Source: Deltaproteobacteria bacterium (GTDB taxonomy: Bacteria > Myxococcota_A > Polyangia > Polyangiales > Houyiibacteriaceae). From it: a DNA stretch of 64,000 bases. Below, one piece after another: positions 1-14,877 of the stretch (within the stretch, counting starts at the first letter, position 1; each line of letters starts with the position of its first letter). Both the position numbers and the translations under genes were made by a program. The stretch covers positions 140,953-204,952 of the forward strand of contig JAXMNT010000009.1 of NCBI GenBank assembly GCA_034670305.1. The letters are read 5' to 3'. The notes under the pieces are model-generated. The model saw nothing but the letters and a program-made list of their open reading frames with translations. It did no database searches and was not told where the DNA came from.

Positions 1-53
1 GCATCCCGCAGAACGCGCGCGGTCGGGCACCACAGACGCGATACATTGGCGGG

Positions 54-2294
54 ATGCAAGCATTTGAGATCGCGTATGCACCCGACGAGACCCGCGTCGC
101 ACTCGGCTGGCCCGGCGGACTGCTCGCGGTGCACGAAGTCGAACCAACCGACGGTTCCCCGGGAGCGGAGGTGACCCAGGTCGTCCATCACAAAGCGACG
201 TTGGTGTGTGTCGGGTGGCTCGGCGACGAACACCTCGTGAGCGTCTCCTCCGACGGAGTCTGGGCTGTGAGCGACGCCAGCTCCGGAGGGGTGCTGCGTT
301 CGGGTTCGGTAGGCGGCAGCCGCGCGTCCGCTTCGATCTCACCAGCCGGCGGGTTTCTCTTCGTCAGCTCGAGCGACACGGGCGTCGGCACCTTTCGCGT
401 GAACCTCGAGACCGGCGCCACCGACGAAGGCGTGAATCTCAACGACCACCGAATCTACGGCTCGAGTCGGGTCTTCGCGTTGGACGATGGGTTGGCCGCG
501 TTCCACTTCATTCACGACGGGGCCGACGACAAGGTGGTCGAGGGGTTCGTCCAGGTGGACTTCGTGGCGGGCACCGCCGCCACCAAGACCTTCGACACCG
601 CGCCGGTCAGCGACTTCGACGACGACACGCGTTTGATGTGGATCGACGGCGGGCGCGGTCTGGGCGTTCGGCCGGACTACACGCCGCTCACCTTCGGCGG
701 ACCCGACGACTCGGTGGCGATCCTCTCGGTGGAACTCTTCGACGCGCGCACCCTCGAGACGCGGCATGTGCGCGTCGCCACCGGCTGGCCGCGCTCGCAC
801 TGCGAAGGGCCGCTGTCTGGACTCGTGTCGGCCGAACCCGGCTCGGACGAGTTCATGAAGAGTCAGGACTGGTTCGTCCGGCGCCTCAAGAGTGCGCGTT
901 TCGCGGGAGACCATCTCTGGTTCACGATCGAAGGGGGCGCCGTGCGGCGCATCGCGATCGACAGCGACGATCGCGACCAGGTCGTGATCCATGGAGGCGG
1001 CGCCAACACGTCGTACACCCTGGACGATGTCTTCGCGCGCAACTTGCACAACTGCCACACCCTCGGGGTGAGTGGCTCCGGCACCTACATCGCGTTCGGC
1101 AACCCCAACGACTTCTTCTCGGTCCGCTCGGTCGGCCTCGACGCCGCGGAGGAAGCGATTCGGCTCCCGAAACGCGCGACCTCAGGGGCTGTCGCGGAGG
1201 CGCCTGGACTCGTCGCGTTCGCGGGCGACCTGCTCGTGGTGTTCGACAAGGGCCACCGGATGTTCTTCGTCGATGGGGCCAGCGGCGAGATCGGCGCGAC
1301 GATCGAACTCGAGCGTTGGTACGGCGACGCGAACGACGTTGACCGCTCGCCCACAGGCCGGTACCTCGCGGTTGCGGTGGGCGGTGGTGAGTCGTTCTAC
1401 TGGGACTTCGAGACGAGCGAGTTGATGGGGCTGCCCATGCCGCCGCACGCGGTGCGGGTGGGCTTTTTCGGGGACGCGCGGGCAGCGCTCGTGCACCACA
1501 ACGGCGCGGTGATGACGCTCGACGTGGAAGAGATGGTCAGCTGCGCACGGCGCGCGCCGGACGAAGAAGGCGAAGAACCGGATGAGGACTACGACGCGTT
1601 CGAGCAGCGGTACGACGTGTATGCGTCGGCGGTCTTCGAGGTCGCCGGCGTGCCCACCGTCGCGACCTTGGACGAGAACGACGCCGTTCAGTTCTACTCG
1701 ATCGACGATGCACTCGAGATCGAGGTGGGCGCTGCGCATTCGCAGGCTGGCCGGCGGCTGGTGGGCGGAGACGGGTGGTGCGCGAGCCTCGACCGCAAGG
1801 GGCGGGTGACCGTCCGATCGTTGCCGTCCTTCGAGGTGACCGCCGAACACCAGTTGGCCACCGGCGCCGACCTGTTCGTGGGCGACGCGTCGGGCGCGCT
1901 CTTGGCGTTCGACGACGCGACCGGCCAGTTGCTCGCGCTCTCGCGCGACTCCGAAGAGACCGAAGTGCGGTTCGAGTACGTGGGCGCTGCGACCGCGCAG
2001 GTGCGCGTGAAGGAGTCGCTCGACCGGGTGGCGGTGGTGACCGCGGCCGGCCGCATCGAGTTGCGCGTGCTGAGCACGGGAGAACTCATCGCGGTGCTCG
2101 AAGTGCGGCCGACCGACGACGACGCGCGGACGCTGGTGACCGCGGGGGAAGACACGGAGCCGGCGAAAAAGAAACCGGCGGCGAAGAAGAAGCCGGCGGC
2201 GGCGACGAAGAAGAAGACAGCGGCGAAGAAGAAGCCGGCGGCGAAGAAGAAGACGGCGAAGAAGAAGAAGAAGACGGCGAAGAAGAAGAAGTAG
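54..2294 (+). CDS. Beta-propeller (WD40-like) protein with a Lys/Ala-rich histone-H1-like C-terminal tail
   Basis: 746-aa ORF with repeated WD40-like motifs (ISPAGGFLFV, SPTGRYLAVA, FYWDFETS); ends in PAKKKPAAKKK repeats. Confidence 0.65.
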   Translation: MQAFEIAYAPDETRVALGWPGGLLAVHEVEPTDGSPGAEVTQVVHHKATLVCVGWLGDEHLVSVSSDGVWAVSDASSGGVLRSGSVGGSRASASISPAGGFLFVSSSDTGVGTFRVNLETGATDEGVNLNDHRIYGSSRVFALDDGLAAFHFIHDGADDKVVEGFVQVDFVAGTAATKTFDTAPVSDFDDDTRLMWIDGGRGLGVRPDYTPLTFGGPDDSVAILSVELFDARTLETRHVRVATGWPRSHCEGPLSGLVSAEPGSDEFMKSQDWFVRRLKSARFAGDHLWFTIEGGAVRRIAIDSDDRDQVVIHGGGANTSYTLDDVFARNLHNCHTLGVSGSGTYIAFGNPNDFFSVRSVGLDAAEEAIRLPKRATSGAVAEAPGLVAFAGDLLVVFDKGHRMFFVDGASGEIGATIELERWYGDANDVDRSPTGRYLAVAVGGGESFYWDFETSELMGLPMPPHAVRVGFFGDARAALVHHNGAVMTLDVEEMVSCARRAPDEEGEEPDEDYDAFEQRYDVYASAVFEVAGVPTVATLDENDAVQFYSIDDALEIEVGAAHSQAGRRLVGGDGWCASLDRKGRVTVRSLPSFEVTAEHQLATGADLFVGDASGALLAFDDATGQLLALSRDSEETEVRFEYVGAATAQVRVKESLDRVAVVTAAGRIELRVLSTGELIAVLEVRPTDDDARTLVTAGEDTEPAKKKPAAKKKPAAATKKKTAAKKKPAAKKKTAKKKKKTAKKKK

Positions 2295-2590
2295 GCCGAC
2301 GCCGAAGCTGACGCCGACGCCGAATCCGACGCCGACGCCGAAGCCGACGCTGAAGCCGAAGCCGAAAACCGACGCCGAAGCCGATGCCGACGCCGAAGCC
2401 GATGCCGACGCCGACGCCGACGCCGAAGCCGACGCTGAAGCCGAAGCCGACGCCGAAGCCGAATCCGAAGCCGATGCCGACGCCGAAGCCGATGCCGAAG
2501 CCGAGTTCCGAGTTCCGACTTCCGACGCCGAAGCCGACTCCGGAGCCGACGCCGAAGCCGACTTCCGACTTCCGACTTCCGACTTCCGAA
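2295..2590. repeat. Intergenic low-complexity tract of GCCGAN hexamers and TTCCGAC heptamers
   Basis: Tandem gccgac/gccgaa/gccgat units followed by (ttccgac)n, between convergent genes. Confidence 0.9.
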
Positions 2591-2652
2591 ACGAGAGAAC
2601 CGACCGCGGCGGGGCCGGGGTCGGTTCTGTTGGGGTGGACGCTGCTCGCGTT

Positions 2653-4124
2653 CTAGAAGCGCGCGGCGGCGATGGCGTAGTCGAGGACCCAGTTGGGCAT
2701 CAGGCCCCAGGCCATGACGGCGGCGCCACTGAGGGCGAGGGCGGTGGTGACGTAGCCGCTCTTCATCGGAGTGGCGGTGGCCTGGCCTTCTTCCGGCGAC
2801 TCCATGAAGAGGCACACGAGGACGCGCAGGTAGTAGTAGGCGCCCACGGCGCTCGCGAGCACGCCGATGACAGCGAGCCAGATGTACTGGTCTCCGGCCT
2901 GCACCGCGGCGTTGAACACGTAGTACTTGCCGAAGAAACCAGCCGTGGGCGGGAAGCCCATCAGCGACAGGATCCCGATGATGAACGGGAGCGCGGCGGC
3001 GGGGTGGCGGCGGCCGGCGCCGCGCAAGTCCGCGTAGTGCACGGACTCTTTGCCCTTCGAACCGAAGTAGATGAGCGAGCCGAACGCGAGCACGTTGCTG
3101 ACGGTGTAGGCGAGCAAGTAGTAGAGCACCGAGCTGATGCCGAGCTCCTCCACCCGGAACGCTGCGACGAGCCCGACGAGGATGTAGCCGGCGTGGGCGA
3201 TCGACGAGTACGCCAGCATGCGCTTGATGTTCTGCTGGGCGAGCGCGGCGATGTTGCCGTAGATCATCGAGAGCACGGCGATGCCGGCGAGGAGCGGCGG
3301 CCAGCCGGCGGTGTCGTTCATGGTCGCTTCGCTTCCGAAACACACCATCATCACGCGTACGAAGACCGCGAACGCAGCGGACTTCACCGCGACGCTCATG
3401 AACGTGGTCGCCGGGGTGACGGCGCTCTCGTAGGCGTCGGGGGTCCACATGTGGAACGGAACCGCGCTCACCTTGAACGCGAGCCCGACGATGACCATCA
3501 GCATGCCGAAGAGCACGAGCCGGGTGTCGGCCGCGCCACTGTCGATCGAAGCGGCGATGCCGACGAAGTCGGTGTGTCCGGTCGCGGCGTAGAGAAGCGC
3601 GGCGCCGAAGAGCAGGATCGCGGCAGCGAAGGAGCCGAGCAGGAAGTACTTCATCGCGCCTTCGACGGCGCGTTTGCTGGTGCGCCGGAACGCGACCATG
3701 CAGTACACGGCCAGCGACATCGTCTCGAGCCCCAAGAAGAGTGAGAGCATGTCGACCGAGCGGGCCAGAATCATCGCGCCGAACGCGCTGAAGATGATCA
3801 GCACGTAGAACTCGCCGCGGTCGTGACCGTGCTCATTCAAGTAGCCGCCCGCGAGCAACGCGCTCAGCGCGCCACCCAGGCAGATGACCACATCGAAGAA
3901 GAGCGCCATCTTGTCGACGGCGATGAAGTTGCCGATCTCGGGAGGCAGCGCGGTCATGCCGCCGTCGCGCATCAAGAGCGCGAGGGAGATGCCGCCGGCG
4001 GCCGCCAGCGACACCGCGGTGACCATGCCGAGTTCGGCGCGTTCTTTGGCGAACGCGTCGACCATCATGATGAAGAGCCCGCTGAAGACCAGAAGCAGCA
4101 GCGGAGCGACGTAGAGCCAGAAGC

Positions 4125-4128
<4 letters not shown>
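2653..4128 (-). CDS. nuoN: NADH-quinone oxidoreductase subunit N
   Basis: [29 protein letters not shown] and [14 protein letters not shown] motifs; start MSFWLY overlaps the nuoM stop (ATGA). Confidence 0.95.
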
Positions 4129-8875
<4,747 letters not shown>

Positions 8876-8890
8876 CGGTGGTGTCCGCTA

Positions 8891-9196
8891 TCAGTGCTTC
8901 AAGGTGTCCGCGGTGTCCGTGTCCACAGATTTGTGGAGGCGGAACAACGCGATGAGGATCGCGAGCCCGACGGCAGCTTCTGCCGCGGCGATCGCGATGA
9001 CAAAGAACGAGAAAATCTGGCCGACGTGGTTGTCCACGTGCAGCCGGTTCACCGCGACGAGCACGATGTTCACCGAGTTGAGCATCAATTCGATGCTCAT
9101 GAGCTGGATCAGCGCGTTGCGCCGAACGAGAAAACCGATGGCGCCGATGCCGAAGAGCAACGAGGCCAAGGTCAGGTAAGCGTTGAGATCGACCAT
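8891..9196 (-). CDS. nuoK: NADH-quinone oxidoreductase subunit K
   Basis: RRNALIQLMSIELMLN and AAAEAAVGLA motifs; 101 aa. Confidence 0.97.
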   Translation of the reverse strand: MVDLNAYLTLASLLFGIGAIGFLVRRNALIQLMSIELMLNSVNIVLVAVNRLHVDNHVGQIFSFFVIAIAAAEAAVGLAILIALFRLHKSVDTDTADTLKH

Positions 9197-9762
9197 CAGG
9201 CTGCCTTCTCGATCTGCGCGCGGCGCTCACGCGCTTCGCTGAGTTCCTTGGCGGTCTTGGTGCGGGCGACCGCGAGCGCGCCAACGATGGCGACGAGCAG
9301 GGTGATCGACACGACCTCGAAGGGCACGAGGGACTGCCGGTAGAGCGCCTCGCCGACCACCTGGGTGCTGCCGAAGCCCTCGGGTGTGGCGACGTACTGC
9401 GCGCTCACGTCCACGAGCGTGAACGCGAGCGTGGCGGTGAACATGCCCATGCCCGCCAAGCTGAGCATGCGGACCATCAGGTGGCGTCCACCAGCGGTTG
9501 CATCGTTGCTGCCTTCGGACGACGGTCCGATCAGCATGATGACGAAGATGAAGAGGACCACGACCGCGCCCGCGTAGACGAGCAGCTGGATGGCAGCCAG
9601 GAGTTGTGCGCTCAGGCCGAGGTACAAGCCCGCGATCGCGATGATCGTGACGAGCAAGGAGACCGCCGCGCGCAGCGGACGCCGAGCGGCGACCGTGCCG
9701 ATGGCACCCAACACGGAGACCACCGCGCAGACCAAGAAGAGAACGAAGCCAGCCGTACTCAT
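9196..9762 (-). CDS. nuoJ: NADH-quinone oxidoreductase subunit J
   Basis: QLLVYAGAVVVLFIFVIML and PFEVVSITLLVAIVGA motifs; start MSTAGF overlaps the nuoF stop. Confidence 0.93.
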   Translation of the reverse strand: MSTAGFVLFLVCAVVSVLGAIGTVAARRPLRAAVSLLVTIIAIAGLYLGLSAQLLAAIQLLVYAGAVVVLFIFVIMLIGPSSEGSNDATAGGRHLMVRMLSLAGMGMFTATLAFTLVDVSAQYVATPEGFGSTQVVGEALYRQSLVPFEVVSITLLVAIVGALAVARTKTAKELSEARERRAQIEKAA

Positions 9763-11213
9763 GCCGCTTTTCCGCCTTCCGACTTCTTCACAAGGGCGCG
9801 CGCGCTGTCGTCGTGCCGCGCTTCGAGCGGCGCACCGCGTTCCGCGGCTTCGATGAACTCGTCGCGGAACTTCTGAACGAAGCCCAGCATCGGCATCGCC
9901 GTTCCGTCCGCGAACGCGCAGATCGTGTTGCCCATCATGTTGTTTGCGATGTCCACCAAGAGGTGCACGTCTTCGACTTTGCCGCGGCCGGTGCAGAGGC
10001 CGTCGAGCACGTCGACGAGCCAGCCGCAGCCTTCGCGGCAGGGCGTGCACTGCCCGCACGACTCGTGTTTGTAGAACCGCATCAGGTTGCGGCAGGCCTC
10101 GACCATGTTGACCGAGTCGTCCATGACGATGGCGCAACAGGTGCCGAGCATGGTGCCGAGCGCACGGTAGGTGTCGACGCCCATGGGCACGTCGATTTCG
10201 CTCTTGCCGTGCCAGGCGTGGAGCGGGTGGTCCTCGTTCGGCGCGTCGACCAACAGATCGGGCCGGAGCACCGGGGTCGACGAGCCACCCGGAATCACGG
10301 CCTTCAGCGGGCGGCTGTCGTCCAGCATGCCTCCGCCGTAGACCTCGATGAGTTCGCGCATCGTGATGCCGACGGGCGCTTCGTACACGCCGGGCGCCTT
10401 CACGTGTCCGCTGATGCCGTAGAGGCGCAGTCCACCGTCCGCGGGCGGGCCGCCGTCTGTGCCCTCGAAGCGGCTGAGCTTCGCCCAGGCTTCTCCGCCC
10501 ATCTCGACGATGTCGGGGACCGAGGCGATCGTCTCGACGTTGTTCACGATCGTGGGCATGTCGAACGCGCCCTTGATCGCGGGGAAGGGCGGCTTGAGGC
10601 GGGGTTCGCCGCGGCGCCCCTCGAGGCTGTTGAGCAGCGCGGTCTCTTCGCCGCAGATGTAGGCGCCGGCCCCGGTGTGGGTCCAGATGCGGACCGGGTG
10701 GTTCTTGCCGAAGGGACGTTCGCCGACGTAGCCCTTGGCGCGGGCCTCCGCGAGGGCGTCGTCCAGGAACTTGATGGAGTGCGCCAGCTCACCGCGGACG
10801 TAGATCCAGCAGTCGTGGGCACCGATCGCGAAGCAGCTCAGGAGGATGCCTTCGATGAGCCGGTGCGGATCCTCGTTCATGAGGGTCCGGTCTTTGAACG
10901 TGCCGGGCTCGCTCTCATCCGCATTGATGACGAGGTAGACGCTCTCGCCCTCTTTGGGGTTGAGGAAGCTCCACTTGCGACCGGCCGGGAAGCCCGCCCC
11001 ACCGCGACCGCGGATGGAGGCCTTCAGGACCTCATCCTTGATCTTGTCGGCCGTGAGCAGCCCAGCGAACGCCTTCTTCGCCAACGCGTACGCCCCGTGT
11101 TTCTCGGCGACCGCAAGGGTGTGGGCGTCGTCGATGTCGTACCGGGCGGTGAGCAGTTTCTTCTCGCACTTCGGAGGAAGTGCGTCCGGCGTGGTCGAGT
11201 CTTCGTCACTCAT
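9759..11213 (-). CDS. nuoF: NADH-quinone oxidoreductase subunit F
   Basis: GRGGAGFPAGRKW, NADESEPGTFKDR, GAGAYICGEETAL and ESCGQCTPCREG motifs. Confidence 0.97.
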   Translation of the reverse strand: MSDEDSTTPDALPPKCEKKLLTARYDIDDAHTLAVAEKHGAYALAKKAFAGLLTADKIKDEVLKASIRGRGGAGFPAGRKWSFLNPKEGESVYLVINADESEPGTFKDRTLMNEDPHRLIEGILLSCFAIGAHDCWIYVRGELAHSIKFLDDALAEARAKGYVGERPFGKNHPVRIWTHTGAGAYICGEETALLNSLEGRRGEPRLKPPFPAIKGAFDMPTIVNNVETIASVPDIVEMGGEAWAKLSRFEGTDGGPPADGGLRLYGISGHVKAPGVYEAPVGITMRELIEVYGGGMLDDSRPLKAVIPGGSSTPVLRPDLLVDAPNEDHPLHAWHGKSEIDVPMGVDTYRALGTMLGTCCAIVMDDSVNMVEACRNLMRFYKHESCGQCTPCREGCGWLVDVLDGLCTGRGKVEDVHLLVDIANNMMGNTICAFADGTAMPMLGFVQKFRDEFIEAAERGAPLEARHDDSARALVKKSEGGKAA

Positions 11214-11710
11214 GAAGCCGTCTCCGCGCGGCTCTGGCCACGGTAGGATTCGAGGATCGCGTCGATGCGCTCGAACGTGAGATTCTCGTGGTAGTCGTCG
11301 TCGATCTGCACCATCGGGGCTTGTCCGCAGGCGGCAAGGCACTCTGCTTTGAGCAGCGTGAACTTCCCGTCCTTCGACGTGCCACCAGGGTGGCAGCCCA
11401 GCGTCTCTTCCAGATGCTCCTGGATCGCTTTCGCGCCGCGCAGGTCACAAGACAACGTTCGGCACACGTAGATGACGTGTTCGCCGACCGGTTGCTGGAA
11501 GAACATCGTGTAGAACGTGACAACGCCCTTCACGATCGCGGTGGAGAGCTCGAGCCGGCTGGCGACGAACTGAATTACTTCGGGGCTGACCCAGCCATGT
11601 TGGCGTTGGCAGATCCAAAGGACCGGGATGAGCGCTGCCCGCCGCGTCGGGTAGTGGGTCAGCAGCTCATCGACTTCTTTATCCCGCTGTGGGGTGAGGG
11701 CGAAGGCCAT
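11210..11710 (-). CDS. nuoE: NADH-quinone oxidoreductase subunit E
   Basis: VVTFYTMF; CRTLSC...ECLAACGQAP 2Fe-2S motif; AGGA RBS before MAFALT. Confidence 0.95.
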   Translation of the reverse strand: MAFALTPQRDKEVDELLTHYPTRRAALIPVLWICQRQHGWVSPEVIQFVASRLELSTAIVKGVVTFYTMFFQQPVGEHVIYVCRTLSCDLRGAKAIQEHLEETLGCHPGGTSKDGKFTLLKAECLAACGQAPMVQIDDDYHENLTFERIDAILESYRGQSRAETAS

Positions 11711-11954
11711 GATTTCCTGCCTCACACGGCGTTTTTCCCCGTCGCAAGGCGAGCGGACGCTAGGCGGGAGGCGGCCATCTGTCAAGCGAGGTCGGAGCGG
11801 GCGAAGATGGCGGCAAACGTTGGAGAAAGTCCGTTTCGCACCGGCGCATTTTCGAGTAGGGTACGCCAGCCTGGAGTGCTGCGTCCGTACCGACCGGTTC
11901 TCCCATGCGATTACCGCCGATTGACCAAACTCGGCGAGATGAAGAGGGGATTCG

Positions 11955-13406
11955 GTGACCGTCTACTGTCCGAACTGCGGAAAGCCCAATACGGATGAGG
12001 CCGCAACATGTGTCTCTTGTCAGACCCAGCTCAAGAAAGCTGCGCCTGGCAAGGCCAAGTTTAAGGGAACGATGATGATGTCAGGACTGTCCGCTCCGGC
12101 GGCACCCCCCGGTGGCGCTGCTCCGCCCGCTGGCGCACCGCCTGCGGCTGCCGCTCCTCCCAAGAAAGACATGGCGTTTCAGGCGACCATGCTGGGTCCG
12201 ATGACCCCGCCGGCAGGCGCTCCTGGTGCGGCTCCGGCAGGCGCGCCGGCAGGTGCCCCCGCGGGTGCCCCGCCGGCAGGTGGTGGATTCGGCGCCGCAC
12301 CCGCTGCAGGCGGTTTCGGCGCGGCCCCGGCCGCGCCGCCTGCCGGTGCACCGGCAGGCGGCGCGCCCGCAGGTGGTGGCTTCGGAGCGCCTCCCGAGTC
12401 GGCCCCCGCGGGCGGTGGATTCGGAGCGCCCCCCGGTGGCGCACCCGCAGGCGGTGCTCCCGCCGGTGGGTTCGGAGCGCCTCCCGGTGGCGCACCCGCA
12501 GGCGGTGCCCCGGCCGGTGGGTTCGGAGCGCCCGCAGGAGGCGCGCCCGCCGGTGGCGCGCCCGCAGGCGGTGGATTCGGATCGCCCGCCGGTGGTGCGC
12601 CCGCAGGCGGCGCGCCCGCAGGTGGCGCGCCCGCCGGTGGTGGTTTCGGTGCCCCGGCGGAAGCGTCCGGTGGCTTCGGGCAACCGCCCGGTGGCGGAGC
12701 CCCTCCCGGCGGCGGATTCGGTGGCCCTCCTGGCGGCGCACCGCCCGGTGGCGGCGCACCTCCCGGCGGCGGTGGTTTCGGTGGTCCCCCCGCAGGCGGT
12801 CCGCCGGCCGGTGGACCTCCCGGCGGTGGCTTCGGCGGTGGCGTGCCTCCGAGCGCTGGCGGTGGCGGTCCCCCCATGGCGACCCCGCCCCAGAAGAGCA
12901 AAGCCGGCATGTGGATCGGCATCGGCGTCGGGTGCCTCGTGCTCCTCTTCGCGGTGGTCTTCGGAACCTGCTGGTGGTGCAAGAGCAAAGCGGAGCAGTT
13001 CGGCGAAGAGCTCGGTGAAGGCATGGGCGGACTGGGTGGCGAACTGACCCGCATCTCGCTCGGATTCCAACTGAGCGGCATCAAGATGAGCTGCGCCGGC
13101 GATCCCTCGGGCGCCGCTGCAGCGAACTACTTCCATCCGCAGGTCTTCGCCCAGAACCAGGCCGCTGCGTGCCAGGTCACGGACGCCACGCTCCAAGCGA
13201 TGGGCCGCTCCTGCAACACGGGACAGGTTCCCTGTTCCGCGGTGACCAACATCACGACGACCCCAGATGCCAGCCGCGCGACTTCGCTCGGCCTCGATGG
13301 CAACCAGTGCTGGGTCTACACCTCGGGCTCCGCGAAGATCATCGGCTGTCAGACGCCGACCGGGTTCAAGCTGATCCATCTCGAGAACCCAGGCGCCGTC
13401 CAGTAG
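11955..13406 (+). CDS. Zinc-ribbon protein with a Gly/Pro/Ala-rich disordered region, a TM helix and a Cys-rich C-terminal domain
   Basis: N-terminal CPNCG...CVSCQ; many GGFGAP repeats; TM segment WIGIGVGCLVLLFAVVFG. Confidence 0.8.
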   Translation: MTVYCPNCGKPNTDEAATCVSCQTQLKKAAPGKAKFKGTMMMSGLSAPAAPPGGAAPPAGAPPAAAAPPKKDMAFQATMLGPMTPPAGAPGAAPAGAPAGAPAGAPPAGGGFGAAPAAGGFGAAPAAPPAGAPAGGAPAGGGFGAPPESAPAGGGFGAPPGGAPAGGAPAGGFGAPPGGAPAGGAPAGGFGAPAGGAPAGGAPAGGGFGSPAGGAPAGGAPAGGAPAGGGFGAPAEASGGFGQPPGGGAPPGGGFGGPPGGAPPGGGAPPGGGGFGGPPAGGPPAGGPPGGGFGGGVPPSAGGGGPPMATPPQKSKAGMWIGIGVGCLVLLFAVVFGTCWWCKSKAEQFGEELGEGMGGLGGELTRISLGFQLSGIKMSCAGDPSGAAAANYFHPQVFAQNQAAACQVTDATLQAMGRSCNTGQVPCSAVTNITTTPDASRATSLGLDGNQCWVYTSGSAKIIGCQTPTGFKLIHLENPGAVQ

Positions 13407-13424
13407 GTCGGCCCACACTTCGAT

Positions 13425-13459
13425 GAGAAGGCGTCCCTCGGGGCGCCTTTTCTCGTTTA
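13425..13459 (+). terminator. Probable intrinsic terminator
   Basis: Hairpin gagaaggcgtccc-tc-ggggcgccttttctc with a T-rich tail, just after the stop codon. Confidence 0.7.
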
Positions 13460-13596
13460 TCGACGCGGCGAAGCCGAGCGAAGCGAGCACGCCGTGTCAC
13501 CGGGACGGGGTTTGGGGGCCGTGCCCCCAAGAATATTCGACGCGGTGAAGCCGAGCGACACCAGGACGGGGTTTGGGGGCCGTGCCCCCAAGAATG
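13460..13596. repeat. Two-copy REP-like direct repeat with a GC hairpin
   Basis: Both copies have tcgacgcggYgaagccgagcga and caccRggacggggtttgggggccgtgcccccaagaat. Confidence 0.8.
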
Positions 13597-13597
13597 T

Positions 13598-14278
13598 TCA
13601 GTCGGGGGCGCGGTAGCCGACGCCGAAGACCGTCTTGATCGGATCGACGTCGCAGACGCGGAACTTCCGCCGGATGCGCCGGACGTGGGTGTCGATGGTG
13701 CGTGCGGTCACGTGGTTGTCGAACGGGTACGCCCGCTGCATCAGTTGTTCTCTGCTCAGTACGATTCCCGGCCGTTCGTAGAGGGCCTGCAGCACCCCGA
13801 ACTCGGTGGCGGTCAGTTCGATGGTCTGGTCCCCGCAGCGAACGTCGTGGCAGTCGATGTCGATGCGCACCGAACCGTGTTTGAGGACCCGGGTGGTGGT
13901 TCGCTGGGTGTCGTCGCTCCGGCGCAAGATCGCCTTGATCCGGGCCACGAGTTCGCGAGGGGAAAACGGCTTGGTCAGGTAGTCGTCGCCCCCGAGCTCG
14001 AGGCCGAGCACCCGATCGATCTCTTCGCTCCGGGCGGAGAGAAACAGAATCGGGATCGAGATGGAGTCTTGCCGCATCCGGCGGCAGACCTCGAGTCCGT
14101 CGATCCCAGGCATCATCACGTCGAGCACGATCAGATCGAACGCGGTCTGCTTCTTCACCTGGTCGAGCGCGCCGGCCCCATCGGACACGCTGGTCACCGC
14201 GAAACCTGCGCGTTCGAGTGCGTACTGGACGACCTCTCGAATGCGCGCTTCGTCGTCGGCGATCAGAACGTGGGGCAT
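13598..14278 (-). CDS. OmpR/PhoB-family response regulator (no adjacent kinase)
   Basis: Receiver motifs IADDE, LDVMMP and GGDDYLTKPF; winged-helix RTIDTHVRRIRRK...TVFGVGY. Confidence 0.95.
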   Translation of the reverse strand: MPHVLIADDEARIREVVQYALERAGFAVTSVSDGAGALDQVKKQTAFDLIVLDVMMPGIDGLEVCRRMRQDSISIPILFLSARSEEIDRVLGLELGGDDYLTKPFSPRELVARIKAILRRSDDTQRTTTRVLKHGSVRIDIDCHDVRCGDQTIELTATEFGVLQALYERPGIVLSREQLMQRAYPFDNHVTARTIDTHVRRIRRKFRVCDVDPIKTVFGVGYRAPD

Positions 14279-14327
14279 CGCGGAATCCTACGTCGAGTGG
14301 CCCCAGGTCTGCCCTCTGCGCGCAGGC

Positions 14328-14690
14328 TCACGTGACGAACTTCACCGCTTCACGCGGGTCCGCGGTCACCACCTCGACTTCGGAGGAGGAACCCACTCGG
14401 GTGTGGTGTTGCTGCATGGCGATGGTCGGACTGCTCGCGAGCACGACGAGGCCCTGACACGCCTCGCTCCTCAGGCAGCGCTGCTTGAGGCCGCGAAACC
14501 GCTCCACCACATCTTCTTCGAGGGGCACCAGGTCGCGCAGATCGAACAGCGCTCGGAACGTTGCTCCGCCACTGGCGGTCAGCGCGTCTTCGAGCGCTGC
14601 GCTCAGATCGCGCACGTCCCGCTGGGTCAGTCGGTCGCACACCCGCACCGTGAGCCGAGACGAATCGGGCTCATACTCCACGCGCCACAC
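14328..14690 (-). CDS. Small hypothetical protein, possibly STAS/SpoIIAA-like
   Basis: 120 aa; ALFDLRDL motif and a C-terminal DPREAVKFV; TAGACT lies 6 nt upstream of the GTG. Confidence 0.55.
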   Translation of the reverse strand: MWRVEYEPDSSRLTVRVCDRLTQRDVRDLSAALEDALTASGGATFRALFDLRDLVPLEEDVVERFRGLKQRCLRSEACQGLVVLASSPTIAMQQHHTRVGSSSEVEVVTADPREAVKFVT

Positions 14691-14710
14691 CGGGCGAGTC
14701 TAGCAGGGTC

Positions 14711-14808
14711 GTCCGGCCGGTGCGCGGTCACCCAAGCGGAGTCTCGTTGGCCTGGTCGTGTCCGGCCGGTGCGCGGTCACCCAAGCGGAGTCTCGTTGGC
14801 CTGGTCGT
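14711..14808. repeat. Perfect 49-bp tandem duplication
   Basis: gtccggccggtgcgcggtcacccaagcggagtctcgttggcctggtcgt at 14711-14759 and 14760-14808. Confidence 0.95.
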
Positions 14809-14877
14809 GTCGTTCAGCAGTCCGCGGGCAAGGGCAGGGGCAAGGGCACGGGCAAGGGTAGAACGCCCTTGGGCGTT

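Noticed and set aside
2384-2656. PKPTP / AEAD / RSRR-type ORFs across the hexamer tracts (also at 32.7, 34.1 and 48.6 kb)
   Set aside because: Frames stay open simply because the hexamers mostly lack stop codons; there are no convincing start signals
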